From positions 42 to 64,041 of the forward strand of contig JAUCBJ010003949.1 of assembly GCA_032718475.1 (NCBI GenBank): 64,000 nt of DNA, given 5' to 3'. Made by a program: the position numbers and the translations under genes. The notes below the pieces were generated by a model. The model was given only the letters and a program-made list of their open reading frames with translations. It did not search any database and was not told where the DNA came from. The stretch is from Nemertoderma westbladi. Lineage: Eukaryota > Animalia > Xenacoelomorpha. The first letter of the stretch is position 1. Every line of letters starts with the position of its first letter. Positions 1 through 11,215 of this stretch are shown here, one piece after another.

Positions 1-293
1 AAAAGCGCGAACAGTAACAGTTATAGCTTCTTGATTGCGGCGTAAGCAATCAAGTTGATAGTACCGGTCGACCGGTAACCAGTAGGCCTGACTGCCTGAT
101 CATCCGGACCGGTACTTACTTACAGTACAGGTACAGCAGTACTATTTCGATTGTGATATTGTATATTGTAGGCTGCTAGGGGATTAGGGATTGATCACCC
201 CTTATTCCTTTGCATGGTTTACTTATTTCTGTCAGTTTTATTTACTAGTAGGCTAATATTGAGCAAAAGACGTGTAAACCTGCTCAGATTGTA

Positions 294-870
294 CAGATAA
301 TTTGTAGGCTGGACTGTTGTCTGACTGTTGATAGGTCTGAACGGATTGCAGTGCATGTAGAGTGTATGTCCGATAAAGTGCCGGTTAGAAATGTAGGGGC
401 AGCCAGAGCTGTAAGGTAAATCCCCCACCGAAAGAATAAGTCGTACTACTAGGTTAGAACGCATACTAACTAACCATTTCGGAGTCTGCATGTCCTGTAG
501 TTTATTTAGGCTTAATAGTAGTCTGCCAGCGTTTGGTCTGTACTTTGTTTGTGTAGTCTGTACGGGTAGCGTATAATTTTATTTAGATAATTTGTAGGCT
601 GGATAGTTGTCTGACTGTTGTTGGGTTTGAGGAAATTTCGGTGTGTGTAGAGCATCTGTCCGATAAAGTGTTGGGAACGTAGGGGCTTCAAGTGCTGTGA
701 GGTAAACCCCCTGTGAAGGAATAAGTCGTACTACTAGGTTAGAACGCATACTAACTAATCATTTCGGAGTCTGCATATACCGTAGTTTGTTTAGGCTTGA
801 TAGTAGTCTGTCAGTATTTGGTCTGCATTTTGTTTGAGTAGTTTGTACGCGTAGCGTAATATTTATTATT
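294..870 (+). repeat. Two ~290-bp diverged direct repeats in the retrotransposon 5' leader
   Basis: AGATAATTTGTAGGCTGGA...ACTAGGTTAGAACGCATACTAACTAA...GTAGCGT occurs at ~294-583 and ~584-870. Confidence 0.85.
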
Positions 871-2211
871 CAGAGTTTATGCGATTATTCGCAACATTCA
901 TATCCCCAAGTTTATTCCTACAGTAATTGTGTTTGTTATACATACCGTTATAGTTAAACTAACCCCGGTACTACATCAGGGCTGCTCGGCGTAGGTAAAG
1001 ACTGGAGATTTTGTGCTTTGGTCACTCCGGCAGATACCGTGGTTCTTTTAGCTGTTCAAGTATTTTTAACTACTGATTATTTGTTGTACAAGTACTTGTA
1101 CCTAATTTAGGGTTTAGTGTACAGTGCTTTCCGAAAGCAATTAGTGTGTAGGCAGTATATTTGTGTTGTAAAGTGGTTAATAGGCACGTTGGTTCTGGTA
1201 GACCGCGGTAATTAATCTCTAGGTAGGAACACTCCGTGATACATAACGTAGTACCTATAGCGATACGGTTATAGGTCGTCAGGCGGTGGTATTTTCCTAT
1301 CTGGACAACGCAGTATATTTACTACTACTTATTATTTTCAAATACCGTAGTAACCTGTCCGTCGTAATAACCAGATATTCTAACCCTTTGTTAGGCTGGT
1401 TTGTAGATTCCCTGTAAAATTACCCTAAAAATTCGTATTTGTGTATTTGTAATTTTTGTGTTTATTTAGAGATTGTAATCTCACCCAGATTGTACGTAAT
1501 TTGTAGTAATAAGTAACTTAGGTAAATTAGAATTATTTGTTTTAGTGTCCAATAATTAGCACTTCACTGAGAGCGCACAGCTTTTGTGTAGTGATTAATT
1601 CCCAGAAATAATAACATCTATTTCAATATTGTAACAAAACCCCTCATACGGGTACATATAAATCCACTAAATCTATTAATAAAATAGTAGGCCTGTTATA
1701 CAACACTTAGGTCTTAATATCAGTTGGACTGCTGCTCAAATAACGGTAATAAAGTAAGTAAAGTAACCAAGTAACCCCTAACATTCAGAAATTCAATTAT
1801 TTTTAAAATAATTGACATACCGGTATTTACAATAGGCTTATTATATTTATTCTATAAATTTACTGATTTAGGCTGAAATCATACCGGTATTCTGTAATTA
1901 ATTCTAGTCTGTAATAATTATACTTATATATACTATAAGTGTCAGCTGTATACCGGTATTCACGATAGGCCTATTATATATTTATATATAGTTGTGCTAA
2001 AATTATATACCGGTACTCTGTGACAAATCTAGTCTGTAATAATACTTATATATATACTATAAGCATACCGGTATTCTAATATATTATATATATATCACGC
2101 TACACTGAGTAGCAGTATCGGTAATTAATTATTAGGCTAACAGTGATACTGAATTACTAGACTTACTTTAGCTGTATTTATAGCCGTAGGCATTCAACTG
2201 TGTAAACAAAC

Positions 2212-2922
2212 ATGTCTGACACAAAACGGGCACTGTCAGATAGTCTTTTGGAAGGTGTTAGAATGAGTCTTAGACTTGGACAGGGTCTTGAAAGGAAGAT
2301 GGCAGAGGCAATGGCAACAGCAGAAGCGGAAAGAAAGGCGGCAGAGACAATGGCAACAGCAGAAGCGGAAAGAAAGGCGGCAGAGGCAATGGCAACAGTA
2401 GAAGCGGAAAGAAAGATAGAGACACCTGTACTCCCAGAACCTGCCTATAAATTCCCTTTGTACAGTACTAAACTACCTGTGCCCAGTAGGACTGTTCCCG
2501 AGTCCGAACCCATCCTGGACGCCGAGCGAGATATTAAGAATTTATCGCCCGTCGTCTCTCGCTTGCCCGCTACTACGTTGGCGACTCCCGCTTCGGCGGT
2601 CGAGTGGGTAGCTGAGGGACGACGGGAGATGGGTCTCCTGCTCGAGCAGCTGAGGGAAAACTGTTTGTGCTCCTCTCAGCAGGTCCGGGAAATGGAAGAG
2701 ACTGTTCAGCAGCTCAAGGGAACAGTCAGGGAAAGTACGTTAGAGTTGCAAAAGGTGCAGCAAAGTATCGCGTTAGAACGCGATAAATTAGTCAATTTAC
2801 AAAAGGGTATACCACCACCCCCTGTAACAATGTGTCAACCCGTTAGGTCTGAAGTATCTCATGCGCAAGGTGTGGAGCATACACGCATCTATCTACGCAG
2901 AAAACACCGGAAAACAAGGTAA
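2212..2922 (+). CDS. Gag N-terminal, coiled-coil-rich ORF of the BEL/Pao element (236 aa)
   Basis: First long ORF after the leader; AEAMATAEAERK repeats and a heptad-like region; lies directly upstream of the zinc-knuckle ORF in a different frame. Confidence 0.55.
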   Translation: MSDTKRALSDSLLEGVRMSLRLGQGLERKMAEAMATAEAERKAAETMATAEAERKAAEAMATVEAERKIETPVLPEPAYKFPLYSTKLPVPSRTVPESEPILDAERDIKNLSPVVSRLPATTLATPASAVEWVAEGRREMGLLLEQLRENCLCSSQQVREMEETVQQLKGTVRESTLELQKVQQSIALERDKLVNLQKGIPPPPVTMCQPVRSEVSHAQGVEHTRIYLRRKHRKTR

Positions 2923-2957
2923 GTGAGAAACCCGTCTCTAGGAGAAAGGTAACACCA

Positions 2958-4637
2958 GTGTGTTATACAGACGACGGCGAAAGCCAGACTGCTCAAGGAG
3001 AGGATAGCGGGAAAGACACTGAAAGATCTTACTATGACAACAAAGCGACTAAGGACGTAAGTAAATTCAAGTCTCGAACCAATGACAGGAGAGAACAGGT
3101 AAGAAAAACTCCTCCTACGTCTCCCAAGAGAATTCAGGTGAGAAAGCCCGAGGAAAGAACGAGCGTGCACCACACAGCACATGTTAAAGTAAGTAACATC
3201 AAGCCCAAATGTGTGTTGTGCGACGGGCCCCACCGTTTGAATATGTGTGATAAATTCCTAAAGAAATCATTAAAGGATAGACGTGAAGTCATGTGGGATA
3301 AGCGGTTGTGTTATAATTGCCTCAGACGAGGACACCAACGGCGAACCTGTTACTCCGACGCAAGGTGTGCGAAGTGCGGCGCGAAACATCATATTTTGTT
3401 GCACACCGAATTCGAAAGAAACAGCCCGAGTCAGGTAAGTGAGTCCAAACTACATGTCCAATTCAGTGATGTGAACGACACTGACCAAAGTTCTGAGATG
3501 GAAGGATTCTATACGGACGAATTCTCAGACGAAAACGAATCCTGTTACTTAATAAATACCGCAGTGTATCGAGCACTTACGCATGAGAAGGAAACCGACA
3601 GTGAGCTCCCCCTAACTACTTCTGACAGACAACCATCTTGGAAAGCGCCACCTTCCAATGTAGGAATCCGAGAATTTCCTGTAGTCCAGGTAAGGGTCCA
3701 CGGACCTAAAAGGAGTTATGTAGTGAACGCCCTCCTTGACTCCGGTAGTACAGGAACATTCATCGACAAAGAACTAGCCTAAGACATCTTTGCTGGACAA
3801 CCCAAGTTCCGAACTAAGCTAAACATGTCAGGAATTATGCAGGATTGGAAATCTACAGTAATCGCGGATTATTATGTAGGTGCGTTGTCCACCCCCCAGG
3901 ATGAACTAGGAGAACACAGCATAAGGTCAGTAAAAATGGTAGCGATAAAGAACTTCGCGACCAGCCAAGAGGAACCTTATAACTGGGATGAGGACGATTT
4001 CACCCAGCAGCTTGAAATACCTAGATTCAACACCGATTACCCTGGAGTCCAAATACTCATTGGTCAAAATGCGCATGAAGCGCTCGAGACATTGGAGAAA
4101 CGGCCTGCTCAACCGCAACCACTACAAGTCTATGCGGGAAGAACTAGAGTAGGTTGGTACTTTACTGGCCCTTCTCGTAGAACTCTTATAGAAAGATTAC
4201 CAAAAGAACAGGTATATCAATTAAGTGAACGGGAAGTGGAGAGCAGTGAAGTTGACGACCCAACTGAGGGAACACCATACTCCTCAGATAATGACGACAT
4301 CAACTCCAATGTAGATCAATGGAGACATTGCCCCGAGACGATCAATCTAGCCGACATCGCCTCCAGAGGAGCAACTCCTCAAGAACTGACAGATACTCCA
4401 GACTGGTTAGGTGGACCCGACTTCCTAAGTAAAGAAGATGAATGGCCTCCTCAGCTTATCCCGGTGAAGATTAGACAGGCCAAGGGAGCGGAGAAAGTAA
4501 CACAACCACATCGCCCAGCTGGTCGTTTATGTTTACCGGAAAGAGACCGAAAACTGTCCGGAAACTATGGAAGGCAAGATACTCTTCCCACGACCACCTC
4601 CCTAATCCAACAAATATCTAGGGACTCCATAACGTAA
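2958..4637 (+). pseudogene. BEL/Pao gag-pol remnant: three Cys-His knuckles, aspartic protease, RNase H C-terminus, integrase C-terminus; RT and integrase core missing
   Basis: CVLCDGPHRLNMC, CYNCLRRGHQRRTC and CAKCGAKHHILLH (BEL triple knuckle); ALLDSGSTGTFI; ILIGQN...RTRVGWYFTGP; QWRHCPETINLADIASRG...WLGGPDFL; RPAGRLCLP. In-frame TAA at 3780-3782 joins the 2958 and 3825 ORFs, which share a frame. Confidence 0.9.
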
Positions 4638-6278
4638 CAACATACGGAGTGGGTGTGTGACTATATTATTTTATATTTATTTTTATTATTTTATATTTAT
4701 GTATGTATTATTATGTAATTTTATTATAATCGTTTTATTTAATTTTGTAGCATGTTATTTTAGCGATTATTTAGTAGATTAGTGCAATATATTCGCATTT
4801 ATTACGTAATTACTTATATTATATATTTAGTGCGACGGCGAGAAACAATTCTTTTTCTCTTTCCTTACTGTCCGTATTACATTATAAATACGTAACTACA
4901 GTAAGATGAAATCTCCGTACTTATTGAAGTACAATAAAGCCACTACTATATTCAAGTATTATTGGTAGGCAGAGTATTAGGAATGCAAAGTTCAGATCCT
5001 CGTGTCTCGGCTAAACCAAGCTCTGGATAGACCTTGGAAACGACTTGCCTCTTCACACTGACATTGCTTCGTGCAATATTGCTCTCATACCGTATATTAA
5101 ATAATACATATAGTAGCGTGATGTCCCTTTAACAGTAGCGTAAAACGCAAAATAAATCTGTTAAACCCTTTGACCATCTGCAATTCTAGTCGATTAAGAT
5201 ATCGCGGCACCCACCGATATACTTGAAAGACAAAATTCTAGAATTAGTGGTTAACGTCCCCAGACAAGTTCTGGAATAAACTGGTGCCCATCCTAAATAT
5301 TAATTATTAATATTTACAAAATCTGTCAAATTTTAGATCCTTTAACATTCTAGTCGATTAAGATATCGTAGCACTTACCGATACTCTTAAAAAGACAAAA
5401 TTCCTAGAATCAAGGATCCCAGTCCCCAGACACGTTCTGGAATAAAATTACGTCTATTTAACATTAAATAATAAAATTTACGGGAATAAATTTAAATTCA
5501 TATATTTCAATGACTTTAATAAATTGTCATTTTGTACAATTTATAACATTCCCAAAATTCCATTAATTAATAGATCATGGGAGCGGAGATTCACTCTATT
5601 AAGTGTATTTGTGTGCGAGAATCTCCAATATATAGTCAATAGCCGATAAAATTCATAAAATCATATATAGAGAGGATATTGACAATTAAAGAATTACTAT
5701 TAAATAGCATCCCAGATCTGTATGCATGGGAATTACCCTAATTCTACCGCTAGCTTTCCATAATGTCACCATGGCAACAACCACGCTAGAATTAGAAGCG
5801 AGTTAACAGAACAATAAAAAGCTTGCTCATTGAATAGCATACGGAATAAATAGCACACCGCTAGTATCCAAGGATACATAATAACAACGTGACATTCTGG
5901 AAGGCACTTGACTAACGGACAAATGACTCGAATGTGTGATAGAATGTGTACCATTTGTGACAGTTACGTGGAATTTGTGCGTTTGTAGGTGAATGTCACT
6001 ACTAAGGTGTGTTTACAGTAGCGAGTCGCAATTGTGAAAGTAACCCTAACTCTCCAGTAAGAACCTGAAGTATATCTAAGCCTTTGGGACGGACGGTGGA
6101 GTGACTTGTGCTGGTTGTTGTAGTCGTTGTGCAGCTACGACGTTGGCGATAGGCACCTCGACGAAAGTACACCAGCGCTGAGGATCTCGCACTGTCCGGG
6201 GGCAGAGAGGGGTAGGCAGCGACGCCCGCTCGCCTAAATATAAACTCATTATAATATGGATAAACTTATATAGCAGAT

Positions 6279-7856
6279 ATGATTGAGTTGATAGAAGATG
6301 ATCTTGGTATCAGGGAGCGATATACTCTACCTTTACAAGCGTTTGTTGATAGCTTGATACGCGGCGACGCTGGTCCAACTACTACGGAGGGCGATGGTCG
6401 TTATATCTAACTGCCAATGTCCCGGGAGCAACTTGAGCGTGGGTTGGACTGTAGAAAATTCACCGCTCGCTATACGCATCGTAATGGTACGTATATGGAC
6501 TTCTTAACTACTGGTCATCCTATCGACCTACACGATACGAACGATATAGACCCCAAAAGGGAAATGGTTTTATTTAAATATCATACCCAGCGGAAGCGGA
6601 ACGATAAAATGAGACTCGAACACGAAAATTCTATTCGAAACCGACTCGAAAGTGCAGATGTCGAAGAGCCGGATAAACGCAGCGACTTCACCAAAATATC
6701 TGGAATTCTTGAGAGAAGCCTATCTTGATATTACCAGTCAACAGAATCTAGAAACTCGATATCCTCAAGGTATACATCATGACCGCATGGTAGAACTCAA
6801 ACAGCTCTATTCCACTATGATGTATCTTACCGTCGATCGACCGCTACCTGTTGTACCGGATAGCTTCGAACGGATGGAGGAATATTGTAAGCTGGAGAAA
6901 GATCACTCGCGTTTCCCCTATAAGACGTGCGTCTTTGGTATTATTGAGATGAATGCCCTAGACCCAACCAACAAACGGAAAGATATAAACATCCGCGGAG
7001 ACGTTGCGCTAAACACGGTTTTACTCGCTATACTTACGGGAGTTTCGAGCGAAACTTGTTCGATGTATCACCTACGCTCGCTCGGCTCAAACGATCCTTA
7101 AATAAACCTATGATCAGAGTTCCGGAATACTCGATCAGACCTCCTCATTCCCTAGTGAGACCTCAAGCTCTTGATCTTAATAGTATGACGGATCCTCCTG
7201 AACTGTATTCATTGTTTAAAGATCTAGTGTTACCCGAGCAATTAGTCGGTGGCACTCCGGTTGTGGGCTCCCTAAATATCCGCCCATCTTACCTGGCCGG
7301 ATTGGGGCACGGACACCTGATATCGCCATTCAACCGTATAATCGTAATCGTCCCCATTTAACACGATACAACCGTCATCAAGGTGGAGGAGAGCGTTGTA
7401 CGAAACGAGTTAAACGCTATTCTACAAAGATCAGAAAAGAAACCTACGTTTGTTCAGATAAACTTAAATTATAACGGCAAGTCCAAGCGGTAAACGGATT
7501 GGCTTTATCCCAGTTCGATTGGGAAATCCAGAATCTCTAAGACGATATTGAGCTTGGATGACCCTATTCTCGGCGAGAGTTTGGACGAACGTATCCAACG
7601 ATGAGCGGAGGAAAATCAGCTTGAGGAGAAGCATGTCGAAACGGCGGATACCCCGACCATAATCCTACACCTTATGATGCAATCACATTGCACCCTTCAC
7701 CCAGGAGTTATGGCCCTCCTAGTAAAGTGGCTCCCCCCAAAGCGAAAAGGACTCTTGCTAGCTTTAAAAAACTGCGTAAACGCCGTCCACGCAAGACAGA
7801 CTAACTGTTTAGGGTATTTTTATATTTTAGAAACTGTGATTTTTTATATTTTATAG
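6279..7856 (+). pseudogene. Decayed ~520-codon ORF of unknown family between the pol remnant and the 3' LTR
   Basis: ATG at 6279 is in frame with ORF 6417 across a TAA at 6408. Overlapping ORFs 6417, 6652 and 7056 imply two frameshifts. The 7056 frame continues through stops at 7359, 7491 and 7602 into ORF 7674. GC content is higher than in the flanks. Confidence 0.55.
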
Positions 7857-7882
7857 AATTAAATCCCATTTTCTGGGAGCGG

Positions 7883-9082
7883 TGTAAAAGCTTTTGCGGG
7901 ATATAACTGGCCCTTTTGCTTCGCAATCCAGTTTCCCTTAATGCGCTCAAATACTCTAAAGAAAAACTCCCTAACTCAAAGGATGAAAGCTACCGGCTGA
8001 TTGGCTGATTTGCCTAGCGACGGCCTCTTTGTTGGGTTCGATCAACCAACCAGAGCAAGGTCAACCAAGCAGAGCGATTCAGCCTTATGTTGGCTAAATC
8101 AATGTAATTGGCTGCAAAGGCTAGGGTGGTTTGGCATTTTAGACGATTTGGAACCTGTGGAATATGGAACTCTGCCAATGAGAGCTTTTCCTTTCTGTGT
8201 TGAAATCTACCTGCAGCAGCTCACAGGGTTCAGTGTGTTGGTTTTCCTGATGCCATGAACATCGGCCATGGAATTATTCTGAATTATTCCAACATTAGAA
8301 CGTCTTTAATTATAAGATCACATAACTGTTACCGGTACATGACCAGCACTGGACAGCGTGAGGACCGGTACGGTACCTGCTGCTGTATTGCACATTATTT
8401 ACTGCTATTTGCTGTTTGTTATTAAATGTATCATTCGTTTGCATATTGTTATTTGGAGAATAACTATAAACGATCAGAAACCCCGATCTTCTTGATACAC
8501 TAAGGTTAGAGAGACCGGCTACATATAGCAATTGCGGCTTATATTATCGTGGTTTGTAGTGTGTAGTGAATTGAATGCTATTTTATAGGCCCTACAAATG
8601 CCGGTTGCTATTCTCTTTATATATGATTAAAATCAGTGACTATCGGCAATTCAGTGTGCAGCGGTGTGCAATAGTCTGTATGTGCTTGTCCGCGTAACAA
8701 AGCATCTCCTAAAGAATGCGTCTTATGTGTAACTTATAATCCATTCGTTGTGTTTAGTGTAAGCCATAGCTCTGTTTATATAGATAGAGCGCCACGTCCT
8801 AAAGGAACTGCTAATATTTCCCGAAAGTGAATAATATTTGTCAGAGATTATATATTAACGATCAATCGAATAGTACGGTAGGCCTGCACCGCAATCAAAT
8901 TAAAGCATCCGAATCCAGTCTCCCGGGTATATCCAGCGGGTGAATGGTCGCGCATAGACTGGCTTCGGCTAATGTTGGATTTATTTGTGTCAAATACTTG
9001 TCATAGGCTAAAGTCGATTTATAACCTAGAAGACATATAGATTTGGCGGGTTAAACTGCCAAAGGTCTTAAAAGCGCGAACA
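7883..9082 (+). repeat. 3' LTR (~1200 bp)
   Basis: Starts TGTAAAAG after the purine-rich GGGAGCGG (7875-7882) and ends GCGCGAACA; the last 13 nt match window positions 1-13; related termini occur at 63091 and 63953. Confidence 0.75.
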
Positions 9083-11215
9083 CCCAGATACACGTTTCGG
9101 AGCACCTAACCGCCCACCGAGCCTCTCTACTACGCGAACTCGTTTCTCTAAAGAAATCCAAGGATCTACACTCTGCTTTCAGTTATAACGGGGCGATCTT
9201 GGCCAAGGTCTCTGCGACGGATAAAGTTTTTACCATAACATCCGCTGGAGATATAAAATCACTTCTCAAGAAATAGGCATAGTCAGTCAGGATAAAATTT
9301 ACCAAATATATCTACTAATTCTAGAGTTACATATACAGACACTGGTAATGCTGTCAAGCAATTGGGACTCCATACCACCTGTCCAAGATCAGAGCTTCTA
9401 TTATTATGAATCTTGTTACATTCAAATGACCCGATGTTTTGAATGAAAATATGGGTTTTTCTTCTTTCTTCTTTTTTTTTTATTGTATACGTTGCAATAT
9501 TCACCAGTGATCTGAGATATTGATTTTGAACGGAAATGTACATCCAAGTGACTTGAGATTTTGAATGAAAATATTAATTTTCTTTCTTTTTTTTTAATTT
9601 ATTGTATATGTTGCAATATTCACCAGTGATCTAAGATATTGATTTTGAACATTCAAGTGCCTTGAGATTTTGAATGGAAATATTAATTTTCTTTCTTTTT
9701 TTTAAATTTATTGTAAATGTTGCAATATTCACCAGTGATCTGAGATATTGATTTTGAATAGAAATGTAGACCTTGAACTGAGTATATATTTTTTTTAGAA
9801 ATTTTTATGACTCAGAGGATCTTGTTCATATACTGATATTTAGTAATACATATCTACTAAGCATATATTAAATATTTAAAAATAGATTAAAATAATTCAT
9901 TTTATAATAGACCTCCCCTCCGCCCATACTTATAATATTCTGCTTAAATTTATATTACTGTTTATTTCTGCCAGTGAATTGTTAACAACGTGCTATATAT
10001 AGTGGCCTACCTGTCTATATTTTCTTTTTCCGTGCTAAATTGTACTGTTAACGGAGTTTTATTTGCCGCTCCACCTTTTTGCTCTACTTTATTATTATCT
10101 AATGCCATTCAATGACAGACCTGCATCTTGCAACTTTTGTTTTGCACCATTTCAAAAATCAGATAAAAAAATTACATGCTCTATTTGTAAATGCGACTAC
10201 CATTTTCAATGTGGAACATGTGCAGACATATCCTACAACGCTAGTTTATTTTGCATATATTGTTACCTAAGTATATTCCCATTTAGCGACATTTCAAACA
10301 ATGATGATGATATTTTTTCAAAAACGAGAAATGAAGATGATGAACCATTATTGCCGGAAAATTATGCAGATTGTACCCTACCTACTGTACACACACCATA
10401 ATACTAATACCTTGATATCTACAGTAAATGACGAACTACAGAAACTGGATGGATGGCTAACTGATAACAGACTATCTCTTAATCTAAAGAAAACGGAATA
10501 CCTAATATTTTCAAACAAAACAAGAAACCACATAAACAGCGTTAAAATAAACAATATAAATATTATCATAAAAAATGAAACAAAATTTTTAGGGATTTGG
10601 ATAGATAACAAATTAACCTGGAAAAGTCACTGCGCATATGTCCTAAAGAAAATTTCTAAATCTTGCGGTATTATTCTTCAAAATTCGACACATCTTACCT
10701 TTAAATATTTTAAAAATGCTTTATTTCACACTCATTCATCCTTACATATTATACGGCTTAGTACTATGGGGTAACACTTATAACAAATATATAAACCCCA
10801 TTCGAATCAAAATAAATAAATTATTATGAGCAATCACCTTCAATCACTATCAAGCGCACTCCAACCCGATTTACAAATCCATAAATATTTTGCCAATTGA
10901 AAAATTGTATAAATTAGAAGTAGCTAAACTAATGTGGGAGATTCATAATAAGAAAAAGAAAGAATTCATTTCAACCCGATTCACACAAACATCCCAAATT
11001 CACAGTCACGCTACTAGATCCACAACAATGCAGAACTATTTTATTCCCCGTACTAGATTGCTGTCCACACAAAATTCATTAAATTACAGAGGAACTATTA
11101 TATGGAACTCACTAAGCATGGAACTAAAACAATGTAAGTCAAAACACTCATAAGCCAAAAAACTAAAAATATCACTTCTAAATAACCTACAAAATAATAA
11201 TAAATAAATAACTTA
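9083..11215 (+). mobile_element. CR1/L2-group LINE remnant: ORF1 C-terminus, PHD finger at the ORF2 start, RT C-terminal part; internally deleted and frameshifted
   Basis: 9085-9276 reads QIHVSEHLTAHRASLLRELVSLKKSKDLHSAFSYNGAILAK...DIKSLLKK* (LINE ORF1 C-terminal domain). 10102-10290 gives CNFC...CSICKCDYHFQC...CIYCYLSIFPF (PHD). 10400-11180 gives LDGWLTDNRLSLNLKKTEY, KFLGIWIDNKLTWKSH and H.HATRS. A-rich tail follows. Confidence 0.8.
9432..9770 (+). repeat. Three tandem ~110-120 bp repeats between LINE ORF1 and ORF2
   Basis: GTTGCAATATTCACCAGTGATCT(G/A)AGATATTGATTTTGAA recurs at ~9491, ~9610 and ~9719. Confidence 0.85.

Larger units (their letters stand above)
1..9082 (+). mobile_element. 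BEL/Pao LTR retrotransposon, internally deleted and non-autonomous; 5' LTR lies almost entirely before the window
   Basis: Window starts with AAAAGCGCGAACA (1-13), identical to 9070-9082, the end of a TG...CA-bounded block that follows a purine tract. Internal ORFs carry BEL/Pao gag zinc knuckles, protease, RNase H end and integrase end motifs. Confidence 0.8.
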
